Source of the DNA: Anthoceros angustus | Taxonomy: Eukaryota > Plantae > Anthocerotophyta | Length of the DNA: 64,000 nucleotides | Assembly (NCBI GenBank): GCA_010909165.1 | Contig: MU008156.1 | Coordinates: forward strand, 62,001-126,000 | Direction: 5' to 3' | Shown: positions 23,657 to 37,482 of the stretch, in pieces | How positions within the stretch are numbered: the stretch's first letter is position 1 | How the letters are laid out: each line of letters starts with the position of its first letter | Translations under genes and position numbers: made by a program | The notes under the pieces: model-generated | The model's input: only the letters and a program-made list of their open reading frames with translations | The model's database searches: none | What the model was told of the DNA's origin: nothing

Positions 23657-24884
23657 TGTGTCTATTAGCTTGGAACGGTTGAGGATACTATGCATCCTTT
23701 TCAAGGAAGACTTTCTTTGTCACATGTCTGACATGTTTGACAAGAGGACATGCCAGAGACTGGATAGACTGCAGTGTTGTCTCTCAGGCTGTGCCATGGA
23801 AGCACAGCTAAAGCTGTCAGTGTGATGATGCCTGGCTGGCAAGACTGCAGAGGTTTCAAGGCGTTGTGAAGTTGTGACGCAGTCCTGAAGGAGCTTCAAA
23901 TTGAAACACCACTCAGTAAGGGCGGAACTGATTCCCGAGCAACACGAACAAGCCAAGAGCCTCTCTGTTACTGCGATTCAGGGCAACATGTAGGATGATG
24001 GTGGTGGAGATGAGCTTGAGGGCAGGAGATGGATATACCACAACAGAGGAGCCAGCAATTGCTCGCCACCTTGGATTAGTGGCTTTACTTGTTACTGTAT
24101 TGAGAATCTCTATTGGCAATATCTGGCGCGATTGCTGATCATCTATCGAAATGGAATGGCACTTGGCTCTGGCTGGCCTTGGAATTAAGCTGTGTTATGT
24201 GAAGACAGCTCTTGCATCAGGTCATATGAGTTCAGGCTTTCAGAGCCTGCAACTGTTGCTCGAACTATGAGAGGTTACGGCAAGAACTTCACATCTGGTT
24301 GGTTGGTTGGTTGGCTGGTGGAGCACAAAACGCTATGTACCGACGTGCCACTCTGAGGAATATGGTTGGCAAAATGTGCTAAGGATTGTGTTGACGGGTT
24401 GGATTATTGGGGACCGACTGTAATTTTGACTTAGTATATACTCCCTAGTAGGCAAGTTAGAATGAGCCCGTGCAGGATTTGTGTCCATTGGTGCAAGGAG
24501 GGCACAGTGGAAAGTATGAGTTGTCGTTTTTGTTATGTTCCTTTTTGGCTAATTGTGAAGCCTCAATATTTGGTAATCCTTGTCTCATTCGTGCATGGTA
24601 TATTTGATGAGTGGGCGCCAGGGGCCACGAGGTCGCCGTATTCCAAAATCAGGAGAAGGCGGGGTGGCTCGGGCTTGTGAGAAATGCATTTTAGAAGACG
24701 TATGTTTTATCTCTGGTCCAACAATCAACGGTCTTCCCAAATCAGCAGCCACTTCAGCATAAATTAGGACCATTAACACAGAGCTTTCAGTGCAAGGGAT
24801 CTTCCAACCATTAATGGTTTCCGAAAGTAGCATAAATTAGGACTTCATAATGCAGAGCTGTGAAAACGAACACCAAACCTCTAT

Positions 24885-25035
24885 GGGGTCTTTCTTTCCT
24901 GCGGCTTAGTTGGTTATCTTTGGGGTCTTTCTTTCCTACGGCTTAGTTGGTTATCCTTGGGGTCTTTCTTTCATGCGGCTTAATTGGTTATCCTTGTTTT
25001 GCGTTGTTTGTTGGTTATCCTTGTTTTGCGTTGTG
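24885..25035. repeat. Minisatellite: ~37-bp units (GGGGTCTTTCTTTCCTGCGGCTTAGTTGGTTATCCTT) x3 plus derived partial units
   Basis: Directly visible in the sequence. Confidence 0.8.
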
Positions 25036-25178
25036 ACTATTGCACTTGCCTTTTGCTAGCGTTTGTACCCAGATTTTGTTGTTTATTCTATATAATACAA
25101 TCACTAATCACCAAAAACTGAACACGAGACATAATGTAATTACTCATGGAATAGAAGTAGATTATACTATTCATTATC

Positions 25179-28100
25179 CTTGCCCTTGCCCTTGCCCTTG
25201 AGCGCTGTACAGGAGCGCTGTGGAGGAGCACGGTTAGGCGGAGGACCGACTGCGGTGTGAAGCGAGGGGTGTGGGTGTCCCGTGTCAAAGGCTGGGTTAG
25301 GTCTCATCAGCGCTTGGTGTATTCCATCGTCAGGTGCCCCCTTTCGGGTCTTCCGGGTCCGGCCGGCCGAGGGGCCACGGTGGGATCAGCGGGCCCGGGC
25401 TCGCGCTTGCCGCGGGCTCCGGCCCAGGTATGGTGTCGCGGCCTGGGTCCGTGCTCACCTCGCGTTTCCGGCGGTGGTTAGTGGTTAGCTTTTTTATGCA
25501 GGTCATTAGGCGGGCACGTTTTTCGGCGGTCGGTGATGTGGGATGGAATTTTTAAGGTTTTTCTTTTTTCGATGCATGGGGCCCTCTTCTCTCGTCCCTA
25601 TGAGGGACACTCCATGTCCCATGTGTGGGAAATTATTCAAGCCTCGCGGGGTCAGGAACCACATTGGTCGGGTCCACAAGGATTTTGATCGGATGACTTG
25701 GGAAGCTCAGCTGCGACTTGCGTCTTCGTCTACTTCCACTAACATCCCCTGCCCAAGTACCCTCTTGGGCCCTCTCAGGTCTTAGGTGGCCAGGGCAATC
25801 TGATCATCTTCTGGCTTTGTACGAAGTGCACTTCCCGAGTCCGCGCCTTTTTTGGCGCCTCCCGTGGTGCCTTGATGTGATCGCCTTCGCCTTCCTTGGA
25901 CCGCCTCGCCACGGGACCCGGGATGAAATGGCCTTGTTCCTATTTCTCCCTCGGTGGTGTCTCCATCGCTCCCGAGGTGGTTTTTCCGGGCATCGGAGTC
26001 GCCTCCCGTCTCGTTTCGGGCGGGGTTGGGAGCTTTGCGGAGGAGGCCGGCGGCGAGGTCTCGATTGGATTCTACGAAGGTGGATCAGGTTCGTCCGAAC
26101 CACCGCAAAATGTGTCTCAAGCGGTGCCTCCCCTCTTGGGTGTGGGGAGTATGCTAGGGCGGCTCGGGCTCTTCTTGACCGTGGCGGCCTCCGAGGAGAC
26201 CATTACTGCCCTTCGCGTCCTTCATCCGGGCTCCATTTCGCAGGATATTCGATTTCGCAGGATATTCGGGACTTTGTCCCAGAGGAGCTCTTGTCTTGGC
26301 CAGGGGCGTCTTGATCAGACCTTACCTGCACACCTCTCTTGGTGGCCTGCAGGCGGTCTATGACCACCTTCGGGGTTTTTACTCGAGGATCCTTCTAGTG
26401 GTTTTTCCGATCTGTTTCTTCTAGCTGCCGCTGTGGCGAGGGGGGGGGACCCCTCCTCGGATCTCTCAAGTGTTGGGTGCGAGTGGGTTGTTGGCGATGG
26501 AGAAGCCCACTCCAGGGGTGCATCCTATCGCTGTCGGGGAGGCGTTCCTGCAGCTTATTGGCCATAGTATTGCCATCCAGCTCCGGGAACAGTTCCAGGC
26601 CCATCTTAGTCCTCATCAGTTTGGGATTGCTACGCCGGGGGGCTGCGAGTTTGTGGCTTTTGGGGTGGAAGTTGTTCTCGAGACCCACCCTGATTGGGTT
26701 GCTCTTCAGGTTGACGTGGAGAATGCCTTCAACTCTGTCTCACGCTCGGCCATCTTCGACGAGCTCAAGAACCTTGATGGCGGTTGGCAAGCCTTTCCCT
26801 TTTGTCCGCTCCTTTTATGGGTCTCCTTCCAACCTCTATTATCCATGGCCTCGGTGGAAGGGGTTTCTGTGCTGAGCTCGGCGACGGGCACTAGGCAAGG
26901 TGACCCTCTGGGAGGTGCTCTCTTTGCCATGGCGCATTTCATGGCTTTGTCTTCTACTGCCTCTTCGGTGTGGGAAAATTTGTATCCGTCTGTGGCTGTT
27001 AGGATATATGGATATATATTAGTTAATCTATACTCGCTTAAGTTAATTAATGGTAGTGTCCGTTTGATATAAGTGACCGTTCGTAAATTAGGTTTAGATA
27101 TAAAACACACGAGACCCTTTTGTTATTAATCAATTCAATCATTTTTGTTTATGCTCTCGCAGTCTCCGTTCTATCAAGAACGTTTACATGGTATCGAGCC
27201 CATGCTGCATCCGGCTTCCATGCAAAATGCCTAGGCGGGGTGCACTAAGAATGCACGTAATCTGCACAAGCAGGAGAGATCGTCGTGGGCGACAAGTCTC
27301 CAATTTCTTTGTACCATCGGATCTGGCTGAACCTATGAGCGGAACTACCCGAAATTTGCCTTAGGCGTTTTGCGACCCATTCTAGTGGGAGATTAAGAGC
27401 TCAAAGTGCACATAAAAATCCAATCACGGATAGATTATATAAAGCACGTTGTCAACAAAGGGAGAATCACAATCTACTCTGAACGTGAATTGCCCCGGAG
27501 TCTCTCTTAAACTAGAACCACGAACACGCAGCGATCGGCAAATGAGCGAAATTCAATTCCACAAACTAGCCAAGGCACTGGCGGCGGGACCTTGGCCACT
27601 GACTCGTGTGGAGAGGACTACATCACGTTTCTTTGTCAAACCGAAGTCTTGAAGATCGAGTTGACGATCGAAGGCAGAACCACGACGGTGAGCAAATCCC
27701 TTGGTTTTCAGCGAAGCTACGATAATCAAGAATCTTGTGGCCTCTATCACACAACAATTGTGTGATCGCACATTGCAACACGAGGAACATTGTGCAAACC
27801 CAAGATGAGGTAGAATTCACCTACCAATTACATCCTCGGTGATGGCTCAAACTGAAATTTCATTTGCACAACACGGTAGGGGCGCCACCCAACCTTTGAG
27901 GCCATCGGGATCAATCGCGCAACAGTTGGTGCCCTTCACGCATTGTGTCCCTTGCACGTTGATAGGTTCTTTAGAAGAGTTGCACATCCGGTGATGGGAC
28001 ATGATTAGGTCAAGAAATGAAACGTCATTACTTTCCTTTCTCTAACTAACGCATAACGTTTGGCCAAGTGTTAGAGTAAACCGGAAGACTTTGATGAGGA

Positions 28101-31100
28101 GGTTAGAGAAGGCTAGGATAAGTCTCTATCCTCTCCTCCTCCTACCCCCAAATCATCCCCGCACTCTTGGTCGGTTGATGTCAAAAGCGTGATGCATGAG
28201 CTAACATGAATGTTGCAGGGCGTTTAGGTATACGATCATCTTGAAGCCGTAGCTTTCGGTGTTGTTACATCCGCATGTCCACGGCACAAATCGATGCATT
28301 AGCTCAGCAGTTTGGTCGATTTAATATCGGACCCAATCCACGAATCCCAAACATACAATCATGACCCAAGCTTTACCGAGCTCAAGGAAAAGGATCGCTT
28401 TAACGGAATCGATATCCCGTTTGGCGAGTTCGCATCAAGACTATCCTAGGTGTATGGAATATCGTGGATAAAACATACCCAAAGCCCAACCACGATGCAA
28501 GTGCAAACAAGCCATCGGTGACGACATCGCCAAATGGACAAACAATGGCATAGCCGCTCTCCTCATCAATGGCACGGATGTGGATCTCGTGCGGATGTGG
28601 AGTCCACGACATATGCTTATGAGATATGGGACCGATTAGAAAGAACTTACAAAAGCCAAAACATGATGAGTCTTTGTGCTATACAAACCGAGTTGTATAC
28701 ATTAAAGATGAAGGAGGAGAGAAGATTTCGGCACATACAAGCCGATTTCGTCACGGGCATTACCTCACTAAATGGCGAAAATACGAGTCATGGCAAGGTT
28801 ACTCTCAAGTCTGCCTCATGTACCAAGCTTTTGTTACAACTCGAATGGACTGTCAAACCAAGTGGAGCTGCTGGAGGTTACAAGTACAATCACATGCGAA
28901 GATGTGATTGGTGCTTGTACCAAGAGGAGCGTCTTGCTTGAATTCGCGGTGTGCCTAGGAACAAAGCGAGAAAGGTGTTAGCTGCAGCTTTCGACCGCAT
29001 AAAAACAAGCCCAAACAAACACGGTAGACATGTCAAACCGCTCATCTTCCAAGAGACCGAGCAATTGTAATGGCGGTGCGGAATTGCGGTCATTGGGCTC
29101 GAGAGTGCAAGAAGAAAAAGGCTGGTGAACCACAACGTGCTACTACTAAGAGCCGACGTCACCACAAAGGATAAATCGGTGACACTAGACCACCTGTGAA
29201 GATATCTTGTTGTATGCCTTGCTCGTTCTCTGAGGAGGGGGTATTTGGATTCGTGCGACCTCTCACATCCGCAATGAAAAGAGCCCTTCTTGGTTTTGAT
29301 ACACATCAATCTGCTGAAAAGGTGCTTCTTGGTGATGAGCAGAACAAAACAAGTTTGCGGATACATGGGATAGGTACGCAAGTTCATCTTCATGATGGGT
29401 CCATCTTAACCTTGCGGACGTTTGTATGTACCATCAATGGCCAAGAATCTCATGTCCCTTAGTAAGCTAATGCAGATTTACCGCATGTGATGCAGAAGAC
29501 ACTGTTTGTTCTTCGACATTCGACCCGTCCTTATGCGTCTTGAGGTGTCCTAGAAAATGATCATGCAGTTGGACATTAATACACATGACATGTTGCGGGC
29601 TTAACATCCACGGATGCAGTAAATTAGCAGTCCTGTGGCATGCCGCTTATGTCATGTAAATCAACATAAATTGGTTGATATGTCCACACTGTCACAAGGA
29701 ACCCTTACCTCATTGTTTTAAGTCTCTTCCTCCACAGAAGCATGTATCATTGCAAAATGCAAAGACCCTTTTCCTAATCGCTGCGTATAGGGCAAAGTCT
29801 ATCCTGGAACTAGTACACGATATATCGGAAAGATACAATGCCATCCACAGGTGGTGCCCAATACTATCTATGCATCATGACGATTTTCCGTATACATGGA
29901 CCTACCCACTACGGTTGAAGAGTGACACCACGGATATGTTCCGGGGCGGTTTGTGACTATACGTATGCGAGCGGATGTCATTAAATGCCTAAGGGCTAAT
30001 GGAGCGAGTTCATGAATCGCCTTTGATGCCTTTCTTGATGAGCATGGCGTCGAGGCGATTGACCATCCCCTACAGCAGATGGGGTGGTGAGCATGAAATC
30101 GACTCTTCTCTCCATGACACGCGGATGCTCCTTTGGGGGCCGCCCCAAGTTAGGCGAGGCAGTGTAGCTACCTGTGCTCAACCGCCTCTTCACTAGTTCC
30201 GGTCCCTTTGAAGACGCCATTGAGCTATGTGGAGCGGAAAGCTTCGCACTTACGAGTTTTTGGATCCGTGCCTTTGCCCTTATATACGAAGAAAGCGGGC
30301 AGTTAGTCCACGTGCACAAGCTCTTGTTTTCTGGCGATAGTGAAACATCCAAGGCTTATAAATTATATAATCCTATTTCCCAAGCATTTTTGGCCAGTCC
30401 GTTACCTTCATTGAGTCAACACGGCTGTCACCCCGGGTTTTCGGCCTCACATGGAATCAGGGAGCCAATTCAATTCTTGAGGAGGTGATTTGGAACATGA
30501 AACATCGACTTTGACTTCCGGATGATGATGCTGGCCCGACTCAAGGCTGCTCGATGAATCCACAACTGGTCCACAAGCCCCGCTATACAGACCTCAGCGA
30601 CCCGAGCACGGTGATGCGGTTAATGCCGCATGATCCCGATGAAGAAGCCAACCTTCCGGATCATAATTTACAAGACCAATTTCCTCAAGATGATGCGGCA
30701 CTTGCGGTGATGCACAAGGAGATCTACGACATGCTAAACGTCACGGATGTGGAAAACGAACCCGGCCGCGGCGGACCGCCACGATCCGGCTCCCGGGCGT
30801 TCCGGCGCAGCCACCTCGAAGAGTGGAAAGAACCCGATACCAATCCATCGATTTTGAACATCAATAGCGGTATCCATGCGCATCAACCACGATTGACTTA
30901 GAACCCAAGTCCTTGAAAGAAGCTTTCTCTAGTCATGAAAAGGATAAATGGAAATTTGCGATTGATGGCGAGTTCAAAATGTCAAGAATCATACACGGAA
31001 ATTGGTAGACTTGCCACCTGACAGGAAACCCATTTCGTGCAAATGGGTATTCAAGCTAAAGCTCAATGATAAAGGAGAGATAGCCAGATACAAGGCAAGA

Positions 31101-34100
31101 CTTGTAGCTAGGGGTTTCACACAAGTTGAGGGACTTGACTATCAAGAGACCTTCTCCCCTGTAGTGAAATCACAATCAATTAGAATGATCTTAGCCTTAG
31201 CTGCAGAGCATAATCTGGAATTGTACCAGATGGATGTAAGCACGGCTTACCTTTATGGAGCCTTAGACGAAGACCTATATATGACGCAACCCGAAGGATA
31301 CGAAGACAAACAGCACCCCACAAAAGTGTGCAAGTTGAAGACCATCTATGGTGCAAGCAAAGTGGCCGAGTGTGGTACCGAATATTCATGTCTACCTCCT
31401 TAGCGGTCCTTTAAGCAAAGTGCATGTGACAACGTTCTGATCACGAGGAGATTATGTTGTGCTCGCCTCTATGTTGATGATGTCATCCACGGTGTCGGCT
31501 ATTAGAAGTGAAACAAATGTTAAGCGACAAGTATGACATGAAGGATATCGGAGAGCTTACATTCTGCTTAGGCATCCAAGCTACCGAGTGAGGTCCAAGG
31601 GCTCTTGATGATACATCAATACCAATACATCCGGGACATCTTGATAAAGTTCAAATGGACCAAGCACGACCTGCAACTACGCCCGCAGACCATAGGAGTA
31701 AAGCTCACAAGTTTACAATGCCCTCATCGAGCGAGACAAAGCGAGAGATGGTTCTGTACCATATCGACATGCGATTGGCGCCTCTTGTTTAGGAAGCTGG
31801 ACACGTCCGACATACGATTATTACGTGCACACTCTCACAGTTCTTAGAGAACCACAGCGGGTAAATGCCAAGCAGTTTTCGCTATCTCAAAGGCACTCAA
31901 TGTTACGGACTTTGCTATAAAGGCGATGGACAAAATCAGCTTACCTTAAGGGGTTTCGGATGCCGATTGGGCGCGGTGATAGTAGGAAAAGCCTCTCCAC
32001 ATCGCTTTTCTGCCAATGACCATCAATTGAGGCAAAAGCGATCCTCCATTGCCCTATCATCTACGCCGAGTACAAGAGTTTGGCGATGATGCATCCAAAG
32101 AGGCGAGTGGGAAAGGACTTTCCTTACTTGGGCGGCCGGTGAAACCAACACCATTGTTATGTGACAATATATACGCTTTCGGCTCGTTGCTAACCCTGTT
32201 CCGAACAAAACACATAGAGATACTGACATCACTACATCCGAGATGTGGTGGGCGTCTTGTTATGAAGGTTGATTATGTCCACCGGAAAACACGGTGACGA
32301 CCAAGGCCCTGTCAAGACAAAACACTATCGGCACATGGAAGGGCTTGGCTTATGTGACTGACAGTTACATGTTCAACAACAAATGGCGTATAATACGTAT
32401 CCGGTGGTGGGAGGGGTGGGAGCCTGTGCTCTATAGGTGAGTTATGTTCTCATTGATAGATGAAGTGCTCATGACCTCCATCGCCAAGCCTTCACTTCAT
32501 GCGACCCACGGACAGAGAATCGGTGGGCGGTAGGATGCGAGGAGCAATAAATTATTTCCAGCGGGCGGCGGATGAAGCTCAACGCCAACCTAAGCGCCTG
32601 CGGTCGTGCCACCTCCTCGCCTCCTTGATTTGAGTCGATGCCGCATAGCCATGAGCAACAAGGTCCATCTCCTCCTCGAGCTCGCGGCGTCAGTCCGGTG
32701 GCATCTTGATCGACTTCCCTCGTGCGGATGAACTTCAGCCGATCTTATACCCACGAACTTTGATGGGTGGCGATGTGTTGTCATCGGCTAGGAGAAGAGG
32801 CGCCCTGTGTAGCCTCGGGCTCCTTCGCTAGCGGTGGTGGTGTCTCCACAGGCGCCTTTTTCCCTGACCTCGTCATCCCTCCTTGACATGGCGATGCGAT
32901 GTGTCGGATGACAACGGCTACCAGCGGCTGTGAAGCGATGAAGGTCGGCATGTGAGGATCGCCATCTTGAAGACTGCCACGCCCGCTCTCGAGTTCGGTT
33001 GTTGTAATGACTACGTGCCATGTGTTGCATGAGGGAGCTCGATCTTAAGCTCGTATGCTTAAGAGGAGTGTTAAGATATATGGATATATATTAGTTAATC
33101 CCATACTTTAAGTTAATTAATGGTAGGTGTCCGCTTGATATAAGACTGCTCAGAAATTAGGTTTAGATAAAAACACCCGAGACCCTTTTGTTATTAATCA
33201 ATTCAATCATTTTGTTTATGCTCTCGCCGTCTCCGTTCTATCAAGAACGCTTTGATGGGCTGACGATACCCATATTCTTGGCCGGAGACAAGGTTCACAT
33301 GTTTGATTTCTTCCCTTTAGAGCTCTCTTGCCCTTGGCCTTGGCTTCAAAATCATCATCAAGTCTGAGTTTGGCTCCTTTGCTAGGCCTTTTCTCCGTAT
33401 CCTGAGGGATATTAACTTCTCCGCAGGCTTGGGTTCTTGGTGTCCCGATTGGGCCTCCTCGCTCACTGGATTATGTGGACGGCTTTGGGCCAATGAGGAT
33501 TTGGCGCACGTGACTTGATCCTTTCGATTGGGAGGCAGATGGCGTTTGGGATCCTCTCCTTTTGTTTTCTTGGCCACCAGAGTACCTTCTCCGAAACGGT
33601 TGTCCCTCCCAGTTTTCTTGTCTAGCCTAACATTCCGTTGGCTGTGGTGTTTTAGGTGATACCATCGGCCCTGTGCACCTTCGAGTGTGCGGCGGGGATG
33701 AGCCGGGCAGCGCCTTCCATTGCTTTTCTGTTTGTCACACGAGGCCTGGCGAGTGGCTTTCTTAGAGCCGGGCTCTCTCTTATCTTGTCCTCCGCTTAAT
33801 TCGACATTCAATTTTCTTGGAGGCTTTGTCGGGCGTTGAGGAGGGAATTTTCCTATGCAAGCCTCCTAAGATTAGTCGTGACTCTTATCCTCCGAGGCGA
33901 AACATGCCGCTCTTTCCTCGCCCGAGGGGTTGGGCTCCCGAGGCTTCAAGCGTCCCCTCTGAGAAACAAGACGGCGCAATTGGCCCTCCTCCGGATTCCT
34001 CCATTCCCTAGGCCCACTCGGCTCATCTCCGCTCTGCTCGTGAAAGGGGTTCATGGCCTCGACCGACCTATTCGGGCATTCCGCATGGCACCAGAACTTT

Positions 34101-34878
34101 TCTACCGCATGTTCGTTTTACCTTGGCTTGGTCCATCCTCTGGCCTTTTCTTTCAACTTGTAGCCACGGACCCCTCTCGATGACTTTGGAACGCACTTGT
34201 CTCGTCGTCCGTGGGCTAGCAAAACATCGGTCCACACATGACGCCTGCTCGAGAGGTCATGTTCTCTATTGCTAGGGAAGGCGGGTTCCTTCCATTTAGG
34301 GAGCACCCTTACACCTTGCTCAACGGGTTTCTTAGGGCGTGACTATTTTGACCAGGGGATCAAGTTTCGCTGTCGATTGTAGATGTGAGTTACTGGATCC
34401 CACCCTGAGAGTATCTGCATAACATGTATTCTAATGTTCCCTCCTCGTGTTGGGCGGTGGAGGGATGCGCTGACGCCAAGGTCCACAAGTACCTCCTATA
34501 CAGACGGCCACGCCTTGCCCCTTGCCATTGAGACTCACGAGCCATGGGCAAGGATTGTAGTCTGGTCAAGGCTGCGCCAAGGCTTATCAGTCGGCGAATG
34601 GGGTTGGCCTCTTGTATTATTGCTTTCTTCCCAAAGGGTTTCCTATCGCTCAGAGAAGGCCACAACGTATATAGAACGACAATGAGCGTGGGAGATCTGA
34701 CTTCCGACACCGTGGTAAGTAGGCCTTTTCACATCCCCCGAGCAAGTTCTTCAAGCACAGTGAAGAAATCGTGACTGGGCCAGCTATCCGCATGGTGCCC
34801 TTGGTTTTGCGCTTTTGTTTTTGGGGTGGATGGGTTTTTCCCATCTCTTTTTTATAATACAGTCTTCTTTCCCTGTCC
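25179..34878 (+). mobile_element. CRE-like non-LTR retrotransposon (C2H2 finger, RT, restriction-like endonuclease), degenerate, with a nested Copia
   Basis: Starts with (CTTGCC)n; CPMCGKLFKPRGVRNHIGRVH zinc finger; PIAVGE, PHQFG, QVDVENAFNSVSR, GTRQGDPLG; (W)ADDTHILG resumes at 33256; PLAIET near 34520. Flanked by a perfect 40-bp direct repeat (25139-25178, 34879-34918). Confidence 0.85.
26997..33255 (+). mobile_element. Ty1/Copia LTR retrotransposon 1, full length but with many frameshifts
   Basis: LTRs 26997-27188 and 33069-33255; PBS TGGTATCGAGC at 27189; polypurine AAGAGGAG before the 3' LTR; gag (KEKDRF, IWDRLERTY), protease/integrase remnants, RT ([31 protein letters not shown]), RNase H (LLCDN, TKHIEI). 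Imperfect 5-bp TSD GTGGC/TGGGC. Confidence 0.92.
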
Positions 34879-36308
34879 ATTACTCATGGAATAGAAGTAG
34901 ATTATACTATTCATTATCGTGAATAAAAGTAAATCATACCATCTTTTTAATAATTATTAAATCAATTGAAGGCACTACTTATAATTAAACAAGAAGGGCT
35001 TTAGGGGTTGTAAAGTAGGTCTTATCAATAACATAGAGTATATCAATATCAGTACTCCCACCGAATTTCATCAATTTCTGCACCCCTGCCAAAGTAGGTA
35101 GGCTCTCCCAAAGTCTACTAAGGATCGGGGACTAAAATATGACAGATGCATAGAATGGCATAAAATGAGATAAATGCTGGTCAAAAGTTCTCCCGGTGGT
35201 GGGGCCCACCCACCACAGGATGAAGGTGTGTACCATCATGCCATCTCAATCCATGCTTCATGCATTCAAACCTCATCCATTCAAACACCGTACGTGATTA
35301 GGAAGCTAACGGACTTATGGTTCATGAGGTAGTTAGCTTGTCTCAATCACGAAATCCCTCTCAATGCCCGTGCGTCGAAGCGCAATTGTTTCAACTTGAG
35401 CTCATATCTTCAGCTAGGGTTGTGTGAAGCTCTACAAAATTGATTGTGTATGTACCTTTACCTTTAAGTACTTCAGCACCTAGCACGATGTTGGAAATCC
35501 TGAAGGACTTTCGTTAGAGTAGTAGCTTCTAGCTACTGCACGTTATACTTATAGAACTACTTATCTTTAGCCTTTAGCAAATGCTTGCGTGGGAGGAAAA
35601 TCTCGGGGCTCCGAAATTCACCCTCTAGCAGCCACGCTTATCCCACTGTCGTATCGTACATTGGGTTTCGTCCCATGTGATCTCTAATTGCTAGTCGTGC
35701 GAAAATGGATCATGCTACACACTTGCTCACCTCAATCCAGCCTTCCCTACGAGCAAGGCACCCTCGCACGCCCCCTCAAACAACAACCATAGCACCCGTG
35801 CTGCTCCGAAAAATAGACGACCTCCGACCTACAACAACACTTTACGTTCATAGGCCCCGTCACGAAGGTAGGCCATTCATTGGCGACCGGGATCCCACGG
35901 TCAGCTGGGCGTGGTTTCTTTGCCTCCAGCAGGTCACTGAATTCTGCGAGGCGAATTTCTGCTGATTTGGGACCCCTCCCTTAGGCTTTGCCTTGGGCCT
36001 TCTACTACTTCCTACACCTTTCCTCTTGAATCACCACATCCTCATACACACCTACTCCACTCTACTCCTCTACTTCACAACCTCCTACTCTAATCATCAC
36101 CTCTGGCTCATTGATTCTAGCTCACCCTTATGGCACAACTGCTTGGGGTCCACCCATAAATCATCAAGTTCTTCCTTGGGCCGGTTGCTGTAGGAGTTAC
36201 AGCAGATAGCGAGAACCTCTAGGGAGTCTTTCCCTGTAGCCTACCCTCAAGCAAAAAGTTCATTGGGCAGTGCCACGCACCCAAAGCAAAGAATTTCACA
36301 GCAACCAT

Positions 36309-36593
36309 TCACAAGGGCAGCAACCTGCCCGAGGCGGCATCGAAGCGCAATTGTTTCAGCCTCAGCCAGCTCATATCTTCAGCTAGGGTTGTGAGAAGCT
36401 CTACCAAATCGATTGCGTATCTATCTTTATCTTTAAGTACTTCAGCATCCAACGCAATGTTGGAAACCATGAAGTCGATAGGATTAAAATGTGCATTGTA
36501 CCCCAACCTGTTGACCATTGTGACTAGCTTCTTGCAAACACAATTCCGTTGCTGACGCGATGCTGGTCCTAGCACGTTGAAGTGAAGACCCAA
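36309..36593 (-). pseudogene. Second copy of ORF-A (a third fragment lies at ~35360-35585)
   Basis: LGYNAHFNPIDFMVSNIALDAEVLKDKDRYAIDLVEL matches the translation of 10590-10710. Confidence 0.55.
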
Positions 36594-36770
36594 ATGATGT
36601 TGAAGTGAAGTTATGTATGTGTTGACGATTTCCGGCCTAGGGTCATAACCATAGGTTATATGAGATAGTAGGAGTAGCTATTATTTAATAGTCATACATG
36701 TTCATTAGGGTTACACCCGTAGGCAAATAGTCATACCTTTTCATTTTCAGGAATTTGTGTTTCTAGCCCA

Positions 36771-37465
36771 ATGAACAATCCAGGAGGCCAGCAAGGGCAG
36801 CCTCGCCCTGCTGAGCTAATCCAAAACAGGCAAGGCTGGCATAGAATCCCTACATTAGCCCAGAATCTACATAGTAGGGTTAATCTATGTAGCCGTGGAA
36901 ACCAAAACCTGCCTATGCAAGTAGCAGATCTCAAGGACGCATTCAACACAATTGTTGAAACCTTGTTTCCTGATGATGATCTTGTGTTTGCTCTCCCACC
37001 TAGGAATCCACAGAATCTGCCTGAAGTAAGGGTTACAAGAGCCTTTGATGGAAATGGAAACCCTCATGGTTTTCTCACAACCCACGCTGCATCACAAACA
37101 GCAGTGAATTTGTTAGTAGAGAGAATTGAAGCAGTGAGCAGAAACATGGACGGATGTTAATCACAACATCAATCGTTTCAACTTTAAGCATAGACGTACA
37201 TGATTTGAAGGAGCATCTTGTGCGCTGGGACTTCAAATTGCTTAAATTGGTTAAATCCGAATTGCTGAAAGATCCTGCATTCAGAGCAATAGTATGTAAT
37301 GGCGCCAACAGGACCAATGGTAATAGCAAATTTGATGCTCCTAATTCGTGCTCTTCCTGCTCAACCTATGCGTATAACATATGGGAGATAAGATTGACCA
37401 GGATTGCTGAGCAGCTGATTGCTACAGCTCGCACTCTAGAACCAGATAACTTCCAAGTGCTTTAA
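36771..37465 (+). pseudogene. Homolog of the Copia upstream extra ORF (ORF-B), one frameshift at ~37155
   Basis: Shares AFNTIV.TL.PD, GFLTTHAA, D..DLKE....DFKLL.L.K and SC.SCSTYA.N.WE.R with 51169-51909. Confidence 0.75.
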
Positions 37466-37482
37466 GTCTGTTGCATGAACAT

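Noticed and set aside
23657-24500. NMD-feedback 3' UTR intron in UPF3
   Set aside because: No splice sites can be assigned with confidence without transcript data.
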